Shown: piece by piece, positions 17,731-28,262 of the stretch
Layout: the number at the start of each line of letters is the position of its first letter
How positions within the stretch are numbered: the stretch's first letter is position 1
IMG/VR virus record: IMGVR_UViG_3300033120_000579
Coordinates: 1-64,000 of that record
Origin: a virus
Lineage: Duplodnaviria; Caudoviricetes
Reading direction: 5' to 3' (one strand)
DNA length: 64,000 nt
Position numbers and translations under genes: made by a program
The notes under the pieces: model-generated
Databases searched by the model: none
The model's input: only the letters and a program-made list of their open reading frames with translations
What the model was told of the DNA's origin: nothing

Positions 17731-18309
17731 ATGAGATCTCAATCTTGGAACAATAATTGGGTATATTTTAAACTTATTACTAAAGAACAAACTTGTGATC
17801 GTTTAAAAAATGGTAGTGCTTGTTATTCTAGTATTTCCAAAACAAATATTGATTTAGAATCTAAATTAACATTATCTAATTTTCATAAAAAAGAAACTGA
17901 AGAATATATTAAAGAATATGTTTTAAAATTATCTAAAATATTTAAATTTAAATACAAATTTAATAATGAAGATGAAATTGAAATTACAGAATTAAGATCT
18001 ACTTTTTATATGAATACTTTTTTATGTATATTTCGATATTTATTTGAAAATTTATTAAATAATGGTAATTTAAATAAAGAACTAATTACAACTTTTGTTC
18101 AAGATAAAAGAAGAAAAGATTTTTTATGGAAATTTACAGATGCTTTTAATACAAGTAAGTTTAAAATGGGAGGCTCCAATCATTGTATTAATTATAATGG
18201 TTCTATAAATAATTTAAGATTAAGAACAACAAAAGAACTTGAAGAATATGATAAAATTCCAAATAAAGGATACTCACCAATTCATAGTTTTTTTAAAAAA
18301 GAAGAATAA
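17731..18309 (+). CDS. Hypothetical protein
   Basis: 192 aa; ACYS..FRYLFE..NHC motifs, weak similarity to 39219-39965. Confidence 0.6.
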   Translation: MRSQSWNNNWVYFKLITKEQTCDRLKNGSACYSSISKTNIDLESKLTLSNFHKKETEEYIKEYVLKLSKIFKFKYKFNNEDEIEITELRSTFYMNTFLCIFRYLFENLLNNGNLNKELITTFVQDKRRKDFLWKFTDAFNTSKFKMGGSNHCINYNGSINNLRLRTTKELEEYDKIPNKGYSPIHSFFKKEE

Positions 18310-18416
18310 ATTAGTTTATAATTAAAAATATCTAAAAATATATAAAACAAACTAAAAATAAATATTATAAACTCTATTAACAATTAAATAGAGGTAGGAT
18401 ATGGTCGGTTTTTTAT

Positions 18417-19187
18417 ATGATGATAGAACTTCCTAAAGAGAAGATTAAAGCAAGTAGAATTAATCCTAAAAAACTAATACTGTTTTCAAAAGCTAAAGTT
18501 GGTAAAACAGAAGCAATAAGTAAATTAGAAAATTGTTTAATATTGGATTTAGAAGATGGTTCTAACTTTGTAGATGCCCTTTCCATTAATATAGTAAAGG
18601 AAGCTAAAAAACAAGATATAAGTATTATCGCAGCATTAAAACAAGTTATTAATCAAATTAAAGAAGCTAATAAAGCTAAAAATGGATTTGTTTATAAATA
18701 TGGTGCAATTGATACTGTTACAGCTTTAGAAGATGCTTGTTTAGTATTGGCAAATAAATTATATCGTGACACAGCTCAGGGTCGTAACTGGCAAGGAGAT
18801 GATGTTACTCAATTACCTAATGGAGCAGGTTATCAATACACTAGACGAGCTTTATGGATGGTTTTAGAAGAATTGGAAGAATGTTTTGATACTTTAATTA
18901 TTCTTGGTCATCTTAAAGATAAATTAGTAGAAAAAGAAGGTAAAGAAATGACAGAAAGAGGTCTTGATTTGATAGGTAAATCAGCATCAATACTATGTTC
19001 TCAAGTAGATGCAATTGGATATGTATATCGAGATGAAAATAAAACTATTGTCAATTTTGCACCTTCTGATTCATTAATTTGTGGAAGTCGTAGTGAGCAT
19101 CTTAAAAATCAAAAGATTACATTAATTGAAGCTGATGAAGCTGGTAAATTAACTGTAGATTGGAGTAAAATTTTTATAGAAGAATAA
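18417..19187 (+). CDS. AAA/RecA-like ATPase (Sak4-like recombination protein)
   Basis: SKAKVGKT P-loop, LDLEDGS, AIDTVT, GAGY, ILGH. Confidence 0.8.
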   Translation: MMIELPKEKIKASRINPKKLILFSKAKVGKTEAISKLENCLILDLEDGSNFVDALSINIVKEAKKQDISIIAALKQVINQIKEANKAKNGFVYKYGAIDTVTALEDACLVLANKLYRDTAQGRNWQGDDVTQLPNGAGYQYTRRALWMVLEELEECFDTLIILGHLKDKLVEKEGKEMTERGLDLIGKSASILCSQVDAIGYVYRDENKTIVNFAPSDSLICGSRSEHLKNQKITLIEADEAGKLTVDWSKIFIEE

Positions 19188-19216
19188 AATTAAAAATAGT
19201 TACATTTCTATAAAAA

Positions 19217-19828
19217 ATGATTAATAATATAAACCATACAAATAAAAAGAAGAATATGAATTTCAATCTAAATGAAAAGGCTCAAGGAGGTATTACCGTT
19301 TTTAACAACGGTGTTGCAGGAAAAGTAGAAAATGTATCAATTACAGTAGAAAAAAGACGTGCTGATGAACCAGACTCTTATCCTACATATAAGTTAATTG
19401 TAGATGATGGTTCTGGATCAACTCCATTAAATCAAGGTTTCTATATTAATGAAAGTGATGATGAAAATAGACAAAATATGACTTTTCAAAGAGTTAAATC
19501 TATTGCAGATTCTGTAGTAGCTGAAGATTTTGTTTATCCTGAAGTTAATGGATACATGGACGCTATGAGTACTTTATTTAAAGTAATTAAAGAGAATGCG
19601 GATGGTAAAAAAGTTTCTGTATTTACAACATATGGTTATGTTGATAAAGATAGAATTCCACATCCATCAAAATATTTAGGATTAAGAATGTTTGACTTTA
19701 TTCAAGGTCCAAATACTACTTATGATAAAATGAAAGCCAAACCTGCTGATATTTTAGAAAGACCAGTTGCTGATGCTCCAAACACAGAATCTGAATCTCC
19801 TAAAGTAGCTACAGAAGAAATTTGGTAA
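19217..19828 (+). CDS. Putative single-stranded DNA-binding protein
   Basis: Position between Sak4-like ATPase and primase; acidic tail ending in aromatic residue (ATEEIW). Confidence 0.45.
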   Translation: MINNINHTNKKKNMNFNLNEKAQGGITVFNNGVAGKVENVSITVEKRRADEPDSYPTYKLIVDDGSGSTPLNQGFYINESDDENRQNMTFQRVKSIADSVVAEDFVYPEVNGYMDAMSTLFKVIKENADGKKVSVFTTYGYVDKDRIPHPSKYLGLRMFDFIQGPNTTYDKMKAKPADILERPVADAPNTESESPKVATEEIW

Positions 19829-19840
19829 TATTAAATTAAA

Positions 19841-19911
19841 TGTGTTGTTTCCTTGAGAAAGAAATTACAGGTAACAAGAAACAGAGTGAGGGATCCGTTC
19901 ACTACAACACA
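19841..19911 (+). ncRNA. Candidate small structured RNA
   Basis: TGTGTTGT/ACAACACA closing stem, T-loop-like TGAGAA hairpin, GTGA/TCAC hairpin; terminator directly downstream. Confidence 0.4.
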
Positions 19912-19934
19912 AATGAATTCTCGACATTAAATAT

Positions 19935-19964
19935 AAAGGCTACTGTAACAGGTAGCCTTTTTTA
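19935..19964 (+). terminator. Intrinsic terminator
   Basis: AAAGGCTAC-TGTAACAG-GTAGCCTTT plus T tract. Confidence 0.8.
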
Positions 19965-19982
19965 TTAACTAAAAACTAAATT

Positions 19983-20171
19983 ATGAAAGATTGGAAATTT
20001 ATAAAACCCTCTGAAAATTTATCTTTAAAAGAAAAAATTTCTTATACAGAAGGTTATTTTTTAGCATTAAGTCAGATTCATAGTAATTTATCAGTAGATA
20101 CAAATGATAAAGAATTTAATCACTTAAATATTGAAATTCAAAAATATATGAGAAAATTAAAAAAATTATGA
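19983..20171 (+). CDS. Hypothetical protein
   Basis: 62-aa ORF coupled (ATGA) to primase. Confidence 0.5.
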   Translation: MKDWKFIKPSENLSLKEKISYTEGYFLALSQIHSNLSVDTNDKEFNHLNIEIQKYMRKLKKL

Positions 20172-21196
20172 CAATAGATTTAAATAAAACTAAAAAACTT
20201 ATTAGTAAAAAGGATATTTTAGATAGATTTAATGAAATTGAAATATTTCAAAAATATATCAATGAACCTATATTTTTAAATAAACTAATATTATCACCTT
20301 TACGTAAAGAGAAGAATCCTTCATTTGGATTCTTTATAGGTGAAAATAGAGAAATATGTTTTAAAGATTTTGTATTAGGTGCAGGAGATTTTGTTAAATT
20401 TATAATGTTGAAGTTTGGACGCTCATATTTTGAAGCTTTAAGTACAATTGCTTGTGATTTTGATTTACAAGATGAATTTATATGTAAAATATATAATAAA
20501 ACTAATTTTCAAAAATCTAAAACAACTCAGCCAACTAAAGATGAATTATTAGCTAAATATACTGGTTATAAATTAGGTAAAACTAAAAGAAATTGGCAAG
20601 ATCATGATACTTTATTTTGGCAACAATATGGGATTACTTTAGAAACTTTACAGAAATATAGAGTTGAAGCAATTAGTCTTATATTTATTGGAGATGACAT
20701 ATTTCCCGCAGATAAATATACATATTGTTTTAAAGAAATGAAAGATGGTATTGAGACATATAAAATTTATCAACCTTATAATGAGAAATATAAATGGATT
20801 AATAACCATGATAATTCTGTATGGCAAGGTTGGACACAATTACCTCAATCTGATGATCATTTGATTATTACTAAATCCTTAAAAGATGTAATGACTCTAC
20901 ACGAATTAGGATGGAATGCAATATCATTACAATCTGAAAATCTAATTCCAAAAAGACATGTGTTTCAACAACTAAAAGATAGATTTAAATACATTACAGT
21001 ATTATATGATAATGATTTTGATTCTGAAACTAATTGGGGAAAATTATTTGGTGATAAATTATCAACTGAGTTAGGTACTATAGAATGTTATATTGATGAT
21101 GAATATAAATGTAAAGATGTATCTGATTTAGTTAAAAAATATGGTAAAGTACAAGCTAAAGAAATTTTAGAAAAACATACATTATTACCATTTTAA
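20168..21196 (+). CDS. dnaG: DNA primase (TOPRIM)
   Basis: SPLRKEKNPSF, FKDF, ITKSLKDVM, YDND, KDVSD; crAss-type primase. Confidence 0.85.
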   Translation: MTIDLNKTKKLISKKDILDRFNEIEIFQKYINEPIFLNKLILSPLRKEKNPSFGFFIGENREICFKDFVLGAGDFVKFIMLKFGRSYFEALSTIACDFDLQDEFICKIYNKTNFQKSKTTQPTKDELLAKYTGYKLGKTKRNWQDHDTLFWQQYGITLETLQKYRVEAISLIFIGDDIFPADKYTYCFKEMKDGIETYKIYQPYNEKYKWINNHDNSVWQGWTQLPQSDDHLIITKSLKDVMTLHELGWNAISLQSENLIPKRHVFQQLKDRFKYITVLYDNDFDSETNWGKLFGDKLSTELGTIECYIDDEYKCKDVSDLVKKYGKVQAKEILEKHTLLPF

Positions 21197-21205
21197 ATAA
21201 AAATT

Positions 21206-21826
21206 ATGGGTAGAAGTAAAAGAAGTAAAAATAAACAAAAAAATATGAGACATGCTAAAAAAAATTCTTTTGAATACCAAGAGAAAGCTAAACTCAAATT
21301 AAGAAATAAAGTTAATAGAAAAATGGAAAAAAGACATTTAATAGGGATTTATGATAGTTATAGATTAAATGGTAAATTTAATTATAGATTAAATGATACG
21401 AATTCTAAATTTATAGGTTCTTATAGTACACAACCTATTTATTCAATGTTTGATTTAGGTATAAACGATGTTATGATTATTAAAAATGGTCAACATTCTA
21501 TTAAAATTGAAGTTTGGGAAGTATCTGATAAAATGTTAGCTTCTATTGAACGTGATTATGGTTATTATGATGAATTAACTCAAGAAGGTAATATCTATTT
21601 AAAAGAAGAAATAATTTCTCCATTTGGTAAAATATTATTATTTACATATAATGACATTTACGATGAATCTAAAATGATTATATCAGGAGATTGGATTGAA
21701 TATTTAAATGAACAAAGAGTTAAAAGTAGTACTGTTAATTTAGTAAAAAATAATCCTATGAGGGATGCCTTTGATAAAATAATGAATCATAGTGGATTTG
21801 CAGTTGATAAAGAATTTATGGATTAA
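21206..21826 (+). CDS. Degenerate gamma-glutamylcyclotransferase-like protein
   Basis: IGIYDSYR, IEVWEV, IERDYGY, SGDW parallel the adjacent GGCT, but the conserved LEG glutamate appears lost. Confidence 0.6.
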   Translation: MGRSKRSKNKQKNMRHAKKNSFEYQEKAKLKLRNKVNRKMEKRHLIGIYDSYRLNGKFNYRLNDTNSKFIGSYSTQPIYSMFDLGINDVMIIKNGQHSIKIEVWEVSDKMLASIERDYGYYDELTQEGNIYLKEEIISPFGKILLFTYNDIYDESKMIISGDWIEYLNEQRVKSSTVNLVKNNPMRDAFDKIMNHSGFAVDKEFMD

Positions 21827-21839
21827 TTAAAATATAAAA

Positions 21840-22256
21840 ATGAATAAAAAAAAGAATTTAGTCGCTGTATATGGTAGTTTGCGTAAAGGACTTGGTAACT
21901 ATGAAGATCATTTAGGAAAAGCTACTTTTGTAGGAGAATTTAAAACTGAACCTGTTTATAATCTTCATAGTTTAGGTGGATTTCCAGGTTTAAAAGAAAA
22001 TGGAAATACTTCTGTTGTAATGGAAGTTTATGAAGTTAATGAAGTAGAAGCACATAATATTGATAGATTAGAAGGATATACTCCAGGTTCTAATGATAAT
22101 ACTTTTTATGATAAAAAAGATATTAATACACCTTGGGGAGTTGCATCAGTTTATATATATGTAAAAGATTTACCTAAATCTAGTATCGTAGAAAGTGGTG
22201 ACTGGAAAGAATTTAAAAATAATACGTTGAATTATTACTCAACAAGAAATAATTAA
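21840..22256 (+). CDS. Gamma-glutamylcyclotransferase (AIG2/YtfP-like)
   Basis: VAVYGSLRKG, LGGFPGL, EVYEV, IDRLEGY, SGDW. Confidence 0.88.
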   Translation: MNKKKNLVAVYGSLRKGLGNYEDHLGKATFVGEFKTEPVYNLHSLGGFPGLKENGNTSVVMEVYEVNEVEAHNIDRLEGYTPGSNDNTFYDKKDINTPWGVASVYIYVKDLPKSSIVESGDWKEFKNNTLNYYSTRNN

Positions 22257-22268
22257 AAATAAATAAAA

Positions 22269-22964
22269 ATGGCAAAAAAAAAAATAGGAATTGTTGGACA
22301 CTTCACAGGCGCAAATAGTTTTGGAATTAGTAAACCATATATGGATTTCTTCAGACACTTTGGTACAGTGACATTAATAACTCCTTGGGAAGATGAAATT
22401 AGGAATTTAGATTTATTAGTATTACCTGGTGGTCCTGATGTTAATCCATTAAGATATTTAGAACCTGAAGATGAATTAAGTATTTATGTAGGTTCACCAT
22501 GTCCATTTAAAGAAAGATTTGATAGACATTTACTACCTAAGTATATTGAAGCACAAACGCCTATATTTGGGATATGTAGAGGACATCAATCATTAGCAGT
22601 TCATTTTGGAGTTAAATTAGTTCAAGATATGTATCATGAAACTAATCCAGATCATGATGGTGTTAAAACAATGCATACAGTAATCACTCCTGATTTTATT
22701 AGAGAAATGATTCCTACAATGCATGATTATGTAGATTTAGAATTTGATGTAAATAGTAGACATCATCAAGTAGTTATGAATTGTCCTGAAAATGCTACAG
22801 TAATTGGTAGATATAATGGTAAACACAAACAAGACCATGAAGAAGGTGATATTGAAGCTTTATCTTATTTTCCAAATTATCCAGCACATACAGTGCAATG
22901 GCATCCCGAAGACAAACGAGATTTATTTAGTATTAAGTTAATTCAACATTTATTAAATTTATAA
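22269..22964 (+). CDS. Class I glutamine amidotransferase / peptidase C26
   Basis: LPGGPDV, GICRGHQ, VNSRHHQ, QWHPE triad. Confidence 0.9.
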   Translation: MAKKKIGIVGHFTGANSFGISKPYMDFFRHFGTVTLITPWEDEIRNLDLLVLPGGPDVNPLRYLEPEDELSIYVGSPCPFKERFDRHLLPKYIEAQTPIFGICRGHQSLAVHFGVKLVQDMYHETNPDHDGVKTMHTVITPDFIREMIPTMHDYVDLEFDVNSRHHQVVMNCPENATVIGRYNGKHKQDHEEGDIEALSYFPNYPAHTVQWHPEDKRDLFSIKLIQHLLNL

Positions 22965-23854
22965 TGATAAAACAAATTAAAAAAGTTAAAAATTCCACTT
23001 TATTTAGACCAATGATATATAGTAGACATCCAAGTCATAATATATTACGTGCTCAAAATAAACATATTAAATTGTTACCATATCGTTCAGTTATCAGGTT
23101 TGGCTCAACCACTGAATGTCCAGATACAATTTCTAAAGGTGGTTCTAGAATTGAAATAAATACAATTGAAGCTATTAAAAATAGTGCAAGTAAATTATTA
23201 ATGAAAAATAAATTTACTGAAGCTAAAGTTAGTACTGCATCTTGGGTTATTGGAAATAATTTAACACAGGTTAAGGATAGATTGAAAGAATTATTTGAAA
23301 CTGGAACTCCAACATATCCAATTGTAGCTAAAGCTCATCATGGGAGTAAAGGTAGAGGTAACACTCTAATTAAATCTGAAGAAGAATTTAATGCTTGGGC
23401 TGTAAATAAAAATCTAAATCAATATATTTTTGAAAAATTTATGAATTATGGACATGAGTTTAGACTGCATGTTACAGAAGATGGTTGTTTTTATGCTTGT
23501 AGAAAAGCTTTAAAACAAGGTGTTCCAGATTCAGAAAAGTGGCGCCGTCATGATGATATATGTATTTGGTTTTTAGAAACTTCACCAGAATTTCATAAAC
23601 CTAATAGTTGGAATAATATTGAAGAAGATTGTATTAAAGCTTTAAAAGCTATTGGTGCAGATATTCTTTCATTTGATGTTAAAGTACAAACACCTAATGA
23701 TGCTAAAGGTAATCTTAGATCTTATCAAGAGTTTATTTTAATAGAATGTAATTCAGCATCATCTATGGATAATGGTACAGGAAACATTTCTATTTGTGCT
23801 CAAAAATACATTGAAGAATTACCTAAACTTATAATAAGAAAAGCTACAAAATAA
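22964..23854 (+). CDS. ATP-grasp ligase
   Basis: YPIVAK..GSKGRG, IFEKF, EFRLHV, SFDV, LIECNSA. Confidence 0.85.
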   Translation: MIKQIKKVKNSTLFRPMIYSRHPSHNILRAQNKHIKLLPYRSVIRFGSTTECPDTISKGGSRIEINTIEAIKNSASKLLMKNKFTEAKVSTASWVIGNNLTQVKDRLKELFETGTPTYPIVAKAHHGSKGRGNTLIKSEEEFNAWAVNKNLNQYIFEKFMNYGHEFRLHVTEDGCFYACRKALKQGVPDSEKWRRHDDICIWFLETSPEFHKPNSWNNIEEDCIKALKAIGADILSFDVKVQTPNDAKGNLRSYQEFILIECNSASSMDNGTGNISICAQKYIEELPKLIIRKATK

Positions 23855-24309
23855 TGAATAGAATCAGTACTATAACTGGTTTACCAGTTAGAAAATATAC
23901 AAAAAAAGTTAGAGAAGTTATAAAAGAGGTGCCAAAAAATCTTTTAAAAGTTGAAGATTTTAAAAGATATAATGGAGCCGGAAATTATTATGATTTAAAA
24001 CATGCAACAATTTCTTCTAGATATGGTAATGTACGTATTTACATATCAGGAGGTCCTACACTAAATTGTCAAATGGCAGTTGCAGGAGCATTTGGAAATT
24101 TTTTAAAATCTGCAGACAATATGGTTGAACAATTAAAAATCATTAAGGAACATGTTCGTAAAAATATTTTATTAGTCGACATTAAAGACTCATATATGGA
24201 GTATTTTAATAAAAAAATACCAAAAGAACTTATTATAATGATTTCACCATATAAATCAACTAATGGTAGTAATATGAATATTTGTTTAATCAATATGAAA
24301 AATTTATAA
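23854..24309 (+). CDS. Hypothetical protein in amidoligase cluster (possible GNAT-like)
   Basis: NCQM..ILLVDI..PYKSTNGSNMNICLI. Confidence 0.55.
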   Translation: MNRISTITGLPVRKYTKKVREVIKEVPKNLLKVEDFKRYNGAGNYYDLKHATISSRYGNVRIYISGGPTLNCQMAVAGAFGNFLKSADNMVEQLKIIKEHVRKNILLVDIKDSYMEYFNKKIPKELIIMISPYKSTNGSNMNICLINMKNL

Positions 24310-24310
24310 A

Positions 24311-25279
24311 ATGGAAGAACAATTAAAAAAACAATTAGAAAATTGGTTAGAAAATTTATTACAGAAAGATTCTGAAATAGATCATATTAAAATTAATGAA
24401 TTATTAGGAGTAATTGATTATAATTTATATTGTAAAATACCAATAACTAATTTTAAAGAGGATAAACATTTACAAAAAGTTAATTATGTTATGGAATTAT
24501 TAGAAGAATTACAAAAACCCAAAGAAAAACTTAAATTAAATTTAGTAATTGCTGATGGTAGTAGTTCTTTAGAATACATTCAATATTTATCAACAGATTA
24601 TGAAGTTAATGTAGTTAATTTTAAAGATGTTAAAAATAGAAAAGATATTGATTTAGTATTATTTACTGGTGGTGAAGATGTTGATCCAGAATTATATGGT
24701 GAAACCAAAGGTCAATTTACTTATATTAATAAAGGTAGAGATAAAAAAGAAAGAGATGTTTTTAACTTCTTTAAAGGATATGTGCCTATGTTAGGTGTAT
24801 GTCGTGGAAATCAAATACTTTGTATTTTTAATGGTGGAAAATTAATTCAACACGTTGAAGGTCATGGTAGAGATCATACAATTGTAATTAAAGGTTACGA
24901 ACAACCAGTATCTATCACTTCAACACATCATCAAATGGTGTATCCTTTTAATTTAAAAGAAGAAAACTATGAATTAGTAGCTTATTCTGAATTCTTTAGA
25001 AGTAATACTTATTTAAATGGTAAAAATGAAGAAATCAATTTACATAAAGAATTTTTAGAACCTGAAATTGTATTTTATCCAAAATCTAAATGTTTAGGAA
25101 TTCAAGGCCATCCTGAATATGGAAGTTGTAATCCAAATACTAAAAAGATTTGTATGAAACTTATTAAGAAATATTTACTTAATAAAGATTTTAAAAAACC
25201 TGAACCTAAACAATGGTATTCTGATGAATATTACCCTTCAGAAAATGAAGAAATTCAAATTAAAAGAGAACCTATTTAA
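24311..25279 (+). CDS. Second class I GATase / peptidase C26
   Basis: FTGGEDV, GVCRGNQ, STHHQM, QGHPE. Confidence 0.9.
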   Translation: MEEQLKKQLENWLENLLQKDSEIDHIKINELLGVIDYNLYCKIPITNFKEDKHLQKVNYVMELLEELQKPKEKLKLNLVIADGSSSLEYIQYLSTDYEVNVVNFKDVKNRKDIDLVLFTGGEDVDPELYGETKGQFTYINKGRDKKERDVFNFFKGYVPMLGVCRGNQILCIFNGGKLIQHVEGHGRDHTIVIKGYEQPVSITSTHHQMVYPFNLKEENYELVAYSEFFRSNTYLNGKNEEINLHKEFLEPEIVFYPKSKCLGIQGHPEYGSCNPNTKKICMKLIKKYLLNKDFKKPEPKQWYSDEYYPSENEEIQIKREPI

Positions 25280-25520
25280 TATAAAACTATTCCGATTGGA
25301 AACAACACACTTACTAATAGATCATATACATCTAGTTTAAATCAAGATTTTGTAGAATATGGAGATCTTGAAAAAAGCTAAATTTGAGTATAAAACAAGT
25401 GTTGAAAAAGTGAAAAATTATATTCAAAAAAGAAAACGATATTCAAAATAATGAATTTGAAGCTATTATAAGTGAAAATGATTTACCTTTATAATTAAAA
25501 AAAAAATAAAAATATATAAA

Positions 25521-26333
25521 ATGACAAAAATAAAAAATATTACAATTGGTACAGATCCAGAAATGTTTCTTAAAAAAGATGGAGTTATAATTTCAGCAGT
25601 TGGTAAAATAGGAGGTTCTAAACATGAACCTCTTCCAATTTCTGAAAATGGTCATTTCATTCAAGAAGATAATGTTGCAATTGAATATAACATCCCACCA
25701 TGTAAAACTAAAGAAGAATTTATTTATCATAATAATTTTGTAAAGGATTATTTAGATAATGTTGTTACAGTTATGGGCTGTGAATTAGATTTTTCAGCTT
25801 CTGCAACCTTATCTGATAAAGAATTAGATTCAGATGAAGCGAGGTTAGCTGGTTGTGAACCTGATTTTGATGTATGGAAGCAAGATATTAACATTGCTCC
25901 AGATTTAAGTGCTAGTAATATGCGTGTATGTGGAGGTCATATTAGTTTAGGTTGGGATAATCCTACAGAATCTCAACAAGAAGATATGGTTAAAGCTATG
26001 GATATTACATTAGGTTTAAAATCATTATTTTTAGATTCAGATACAGATCGTAAAAAATTATATGGTAAAGCGGGTTGTTTTAGATTTCGTGAATATGGAA
26101 TTGAATATAGAACTTTATCTAACTTCTGGATTCAATCTGATGAATTTTTAACTTGGGCCTTTGATACAACTATGGAAGCAATTGAATTAGTTAATTCTGG
26201 TAAAATAGATTTAATTAAAGAAAAATACGCTGATAAAATTGTTGAAGCTATTAATACAAATAATAAAGATTTAGCTCAAGAACTATTAAATGAATTTTCA
26301 AAAATTCAAACACCAAAATTAAAATTAGTATAA
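25521..26333 (+). CDS. phiEco32-like COOH-NH2 ligase type 2
   Basis: IGTDPEMFL, QEDNVAIEYN, GCEPDF, GGHI, LYGKAGCFR, YGIEYRTLSNFW. Confidence 0.9.
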   Translation: MTKIKNITIGTDPEMFLKKDGVIISAVGKIGGSKHEPLPISENGHFIQEDNVAIEYNIPPCKTKEEFIYHNNFVKDYLDNVVTVMGCELDFSASATLSDKELDSDEARLAGCEPDFDVWKQDINIAPDLSASNMRVCGGHISLGWDNPTESQQEDMVKAMDITLGLKSLFLDSDTDRKKLYGKAGCFRFREYGIEYRTLSNFWIQSDEFLTWAFDTTMEAIELVNSGKIDLIKEKYADKIVEAINTNNKDLAQELLNEFSKIQTPKLKLV

Positions 26334-26357
26334 AAAATAATTAAAAAAATATAACAA

Positions 26358-28262
26358 ATGTGTGGAATTTTTGGTCAAAGTACAAACAATCCAATAAAAT
26401 TAGATGTTTCTTCTGTAAATATTCTTGGAATACATAATATTGAAAGAGGTAAACAATCTTGTGGTTTAACTTGGGATGGAGATATTCATCATGGAGTTGA
26501 TAAAGACAAACTTTATATCGATTTTATAAAAAATAGACAAATTAAACCAAAATATTTTCCAACTATGTTTGGTCATACTAGACAATCTAGTTTTGGAAAT
26601 GGTATTACTTTAGAAAATGCTCATCCATTTGGATATGGAGTTAGTGCTGATGGTAATAGTTTTGAATTTATATTTGTTCATAATGGTACATTAAAAAATG
26701 CTAAAGAATTAGCTAATAAATATAATATTGATATAAGTGTTAAATATCAAAAAAAATACAGTAATAGTGAAGGTACATATGAAGTAACTAGAGATAAAAT
26801 TGATTCAGAAATTTTAGGTGAAATATTATGGAAAGAAAAATCTTATCATGTATTAAGTGAGTATATAGGAACGGCTGCTTGTGCTTGGATATGGTGTGAT
26901 CAACCTAATAAATTATATTTATGGTCTGGTGCATCTAAATTACATATTGATGATAATGACGATAAAATGTTTGAAGAAAGACCACTATGTGTTTATACTA
27001 AAAGTAAAAATAATATGTTTTTTTCATCATTAGAAGATAGTTTAACAAGTATTGGTGGTACATTAGATACTAATATTGAACAAATCAGTAGAAATGCTGT
27101 TCATATAATTACTAATGGGGATTATAAAAATTGTGAAAAAATTATAGCTACTAGAAAAAATACAGCTCAAGATGATTCTTATCGATATAAAGCACCCAGG
27201 CAATCTAATGCAGGTTTCAACAGAACTCAAAATTATTATGATTCTATTACTAATAACCATGGTTATCCTGATGATAATTTAAATTGTAATGTAAGAAATA
27301 ACAATTCAATATCAGGTTTAGATATAGCTGATGATAAACCTTTACTTAATATTAATGATTATACAGGTAAAGTTTATTCAAAAGGACTTAGATATTGGAA
27401 AAATGGTCATGTAATTAATGGAATTTATATTTACATTTTAGGATATGGATTTAAAAAACTTGGAGATTCATATGTAGAAGCACACACTGAAATTGAACGT
27501 AATAGAGGTAGAGTATTTTTAACAGATGATTGGAGTTTAACTTTAAAAGAAGGTTTTATTCCAATTGAAAAAAATTCTAAAGTACAATTACATTATTTTA
27601 TTGATGGAGCAATGTTAAAAACTCATTCTGATTATATTAAATGTCAAGAACTTAAAAAGAATTTAGTAACAGGTTCTAAATATATTAGTATGATAGAGTT
27701 ATCTTATATGACTAAACATCCTGTAGCTACACTACTTACTACAATTAAACCTCAGACTTATTTAGATGGTAGTTTTTATACAGGTAATACCGTAGAACTA
27801 GGTTTTGAGAAAGTTTATTATTTTCAAAATGGTAAATTTGTTAAATGGGATAAAAGATTAGATATTATTGAAGAAAAACCTGTAATTCAATTACCAATGA
27901 ATTTTAAAGAAGAAACCGTTGTTCATAATGCTGAAATTTTAAACGAATCTGTTAAAAATATTAAAAAGTATGAAAAAGAATGGGAAGATAAACTTGAAAA
28001 AGAAACATTAAATAAAATTATTGAAAATCATTTTGATACTGAAATAGAAGAAGATTTAAATGAAGAAAATATTAATGATTTTATTAATGATTTTCTTAGT
28101 GAAGGATTTTTAACATTAATTACTAATATAGAAAATATGAGAGATGATTTAAAAGATTATAAAGATAATTCTCTTGTAATTGATGCAGATAGAACTTTAG
28201 ATATGCTTCTTAATGTGTGTAATCAATATATTATAGATCCAAAAAATATTAAAAATGAGTAA
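26358..28262 (+). CDS. Class II (Ntn) glutamine amidotransferase with long C-terminal extension
   Basis: N-terminal MCGIFG, RG, GHTR, AHPF, HNGT, DSE. Confidence 0.9.
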   Translation: MCGIFGQSTNNPIKLDVSSVNILGIHNIERGKQSCGLTWDGDIHHGVDKDKLYIDFIKNRQIKPKYFPTMFGHTRQSSFGNGITLENAHPFGYGVSADGNSFEFIFVHNGTLKNAKELANKYNIDISVKYQKKYSNSEGTYEVTRDKIDSEILGEILWKEKSYHVLSEYIGTAACAWIWCDQPNKLYLWSGASKLHIDDNDDKMFEERPLCVYTKSKNNMFFSSLEDSLTSIGGTLDTNIEQISRNAVHIITNGDYKNCEKIIATRKNTAQDDSYRYKAPRQSNAGFNRTQNYYDSITNNHGYPDDNLNCNVRNNNSISGLDIADDKPLLNINDYTGKVYSKGLRYWKNGHVINGIYIYILGYGFKKLGDSYVEAHTEIERNRGRVFLTDDWSLTLKEGFIPIEKNSKVQLHYFIDGAMLKTHSDYIKCQELKKNLVTGSKYISMIELSYMTKHPVATLLTTIKPQTYLDGSFYTGNTVELGFEKVYYFQNGKFVKWDKRLDIIEEKPVIQLPMNFKEETVVHNAEILNESVKNIKKYEKEWEDKLEKETLNKIIENHFDTEIEEDLNEENINDFINDFLSEGFLTLITNIENMRDDLKDYKDNSLVIDADRTLDMLLNVCNQYIIDPKNIKNE

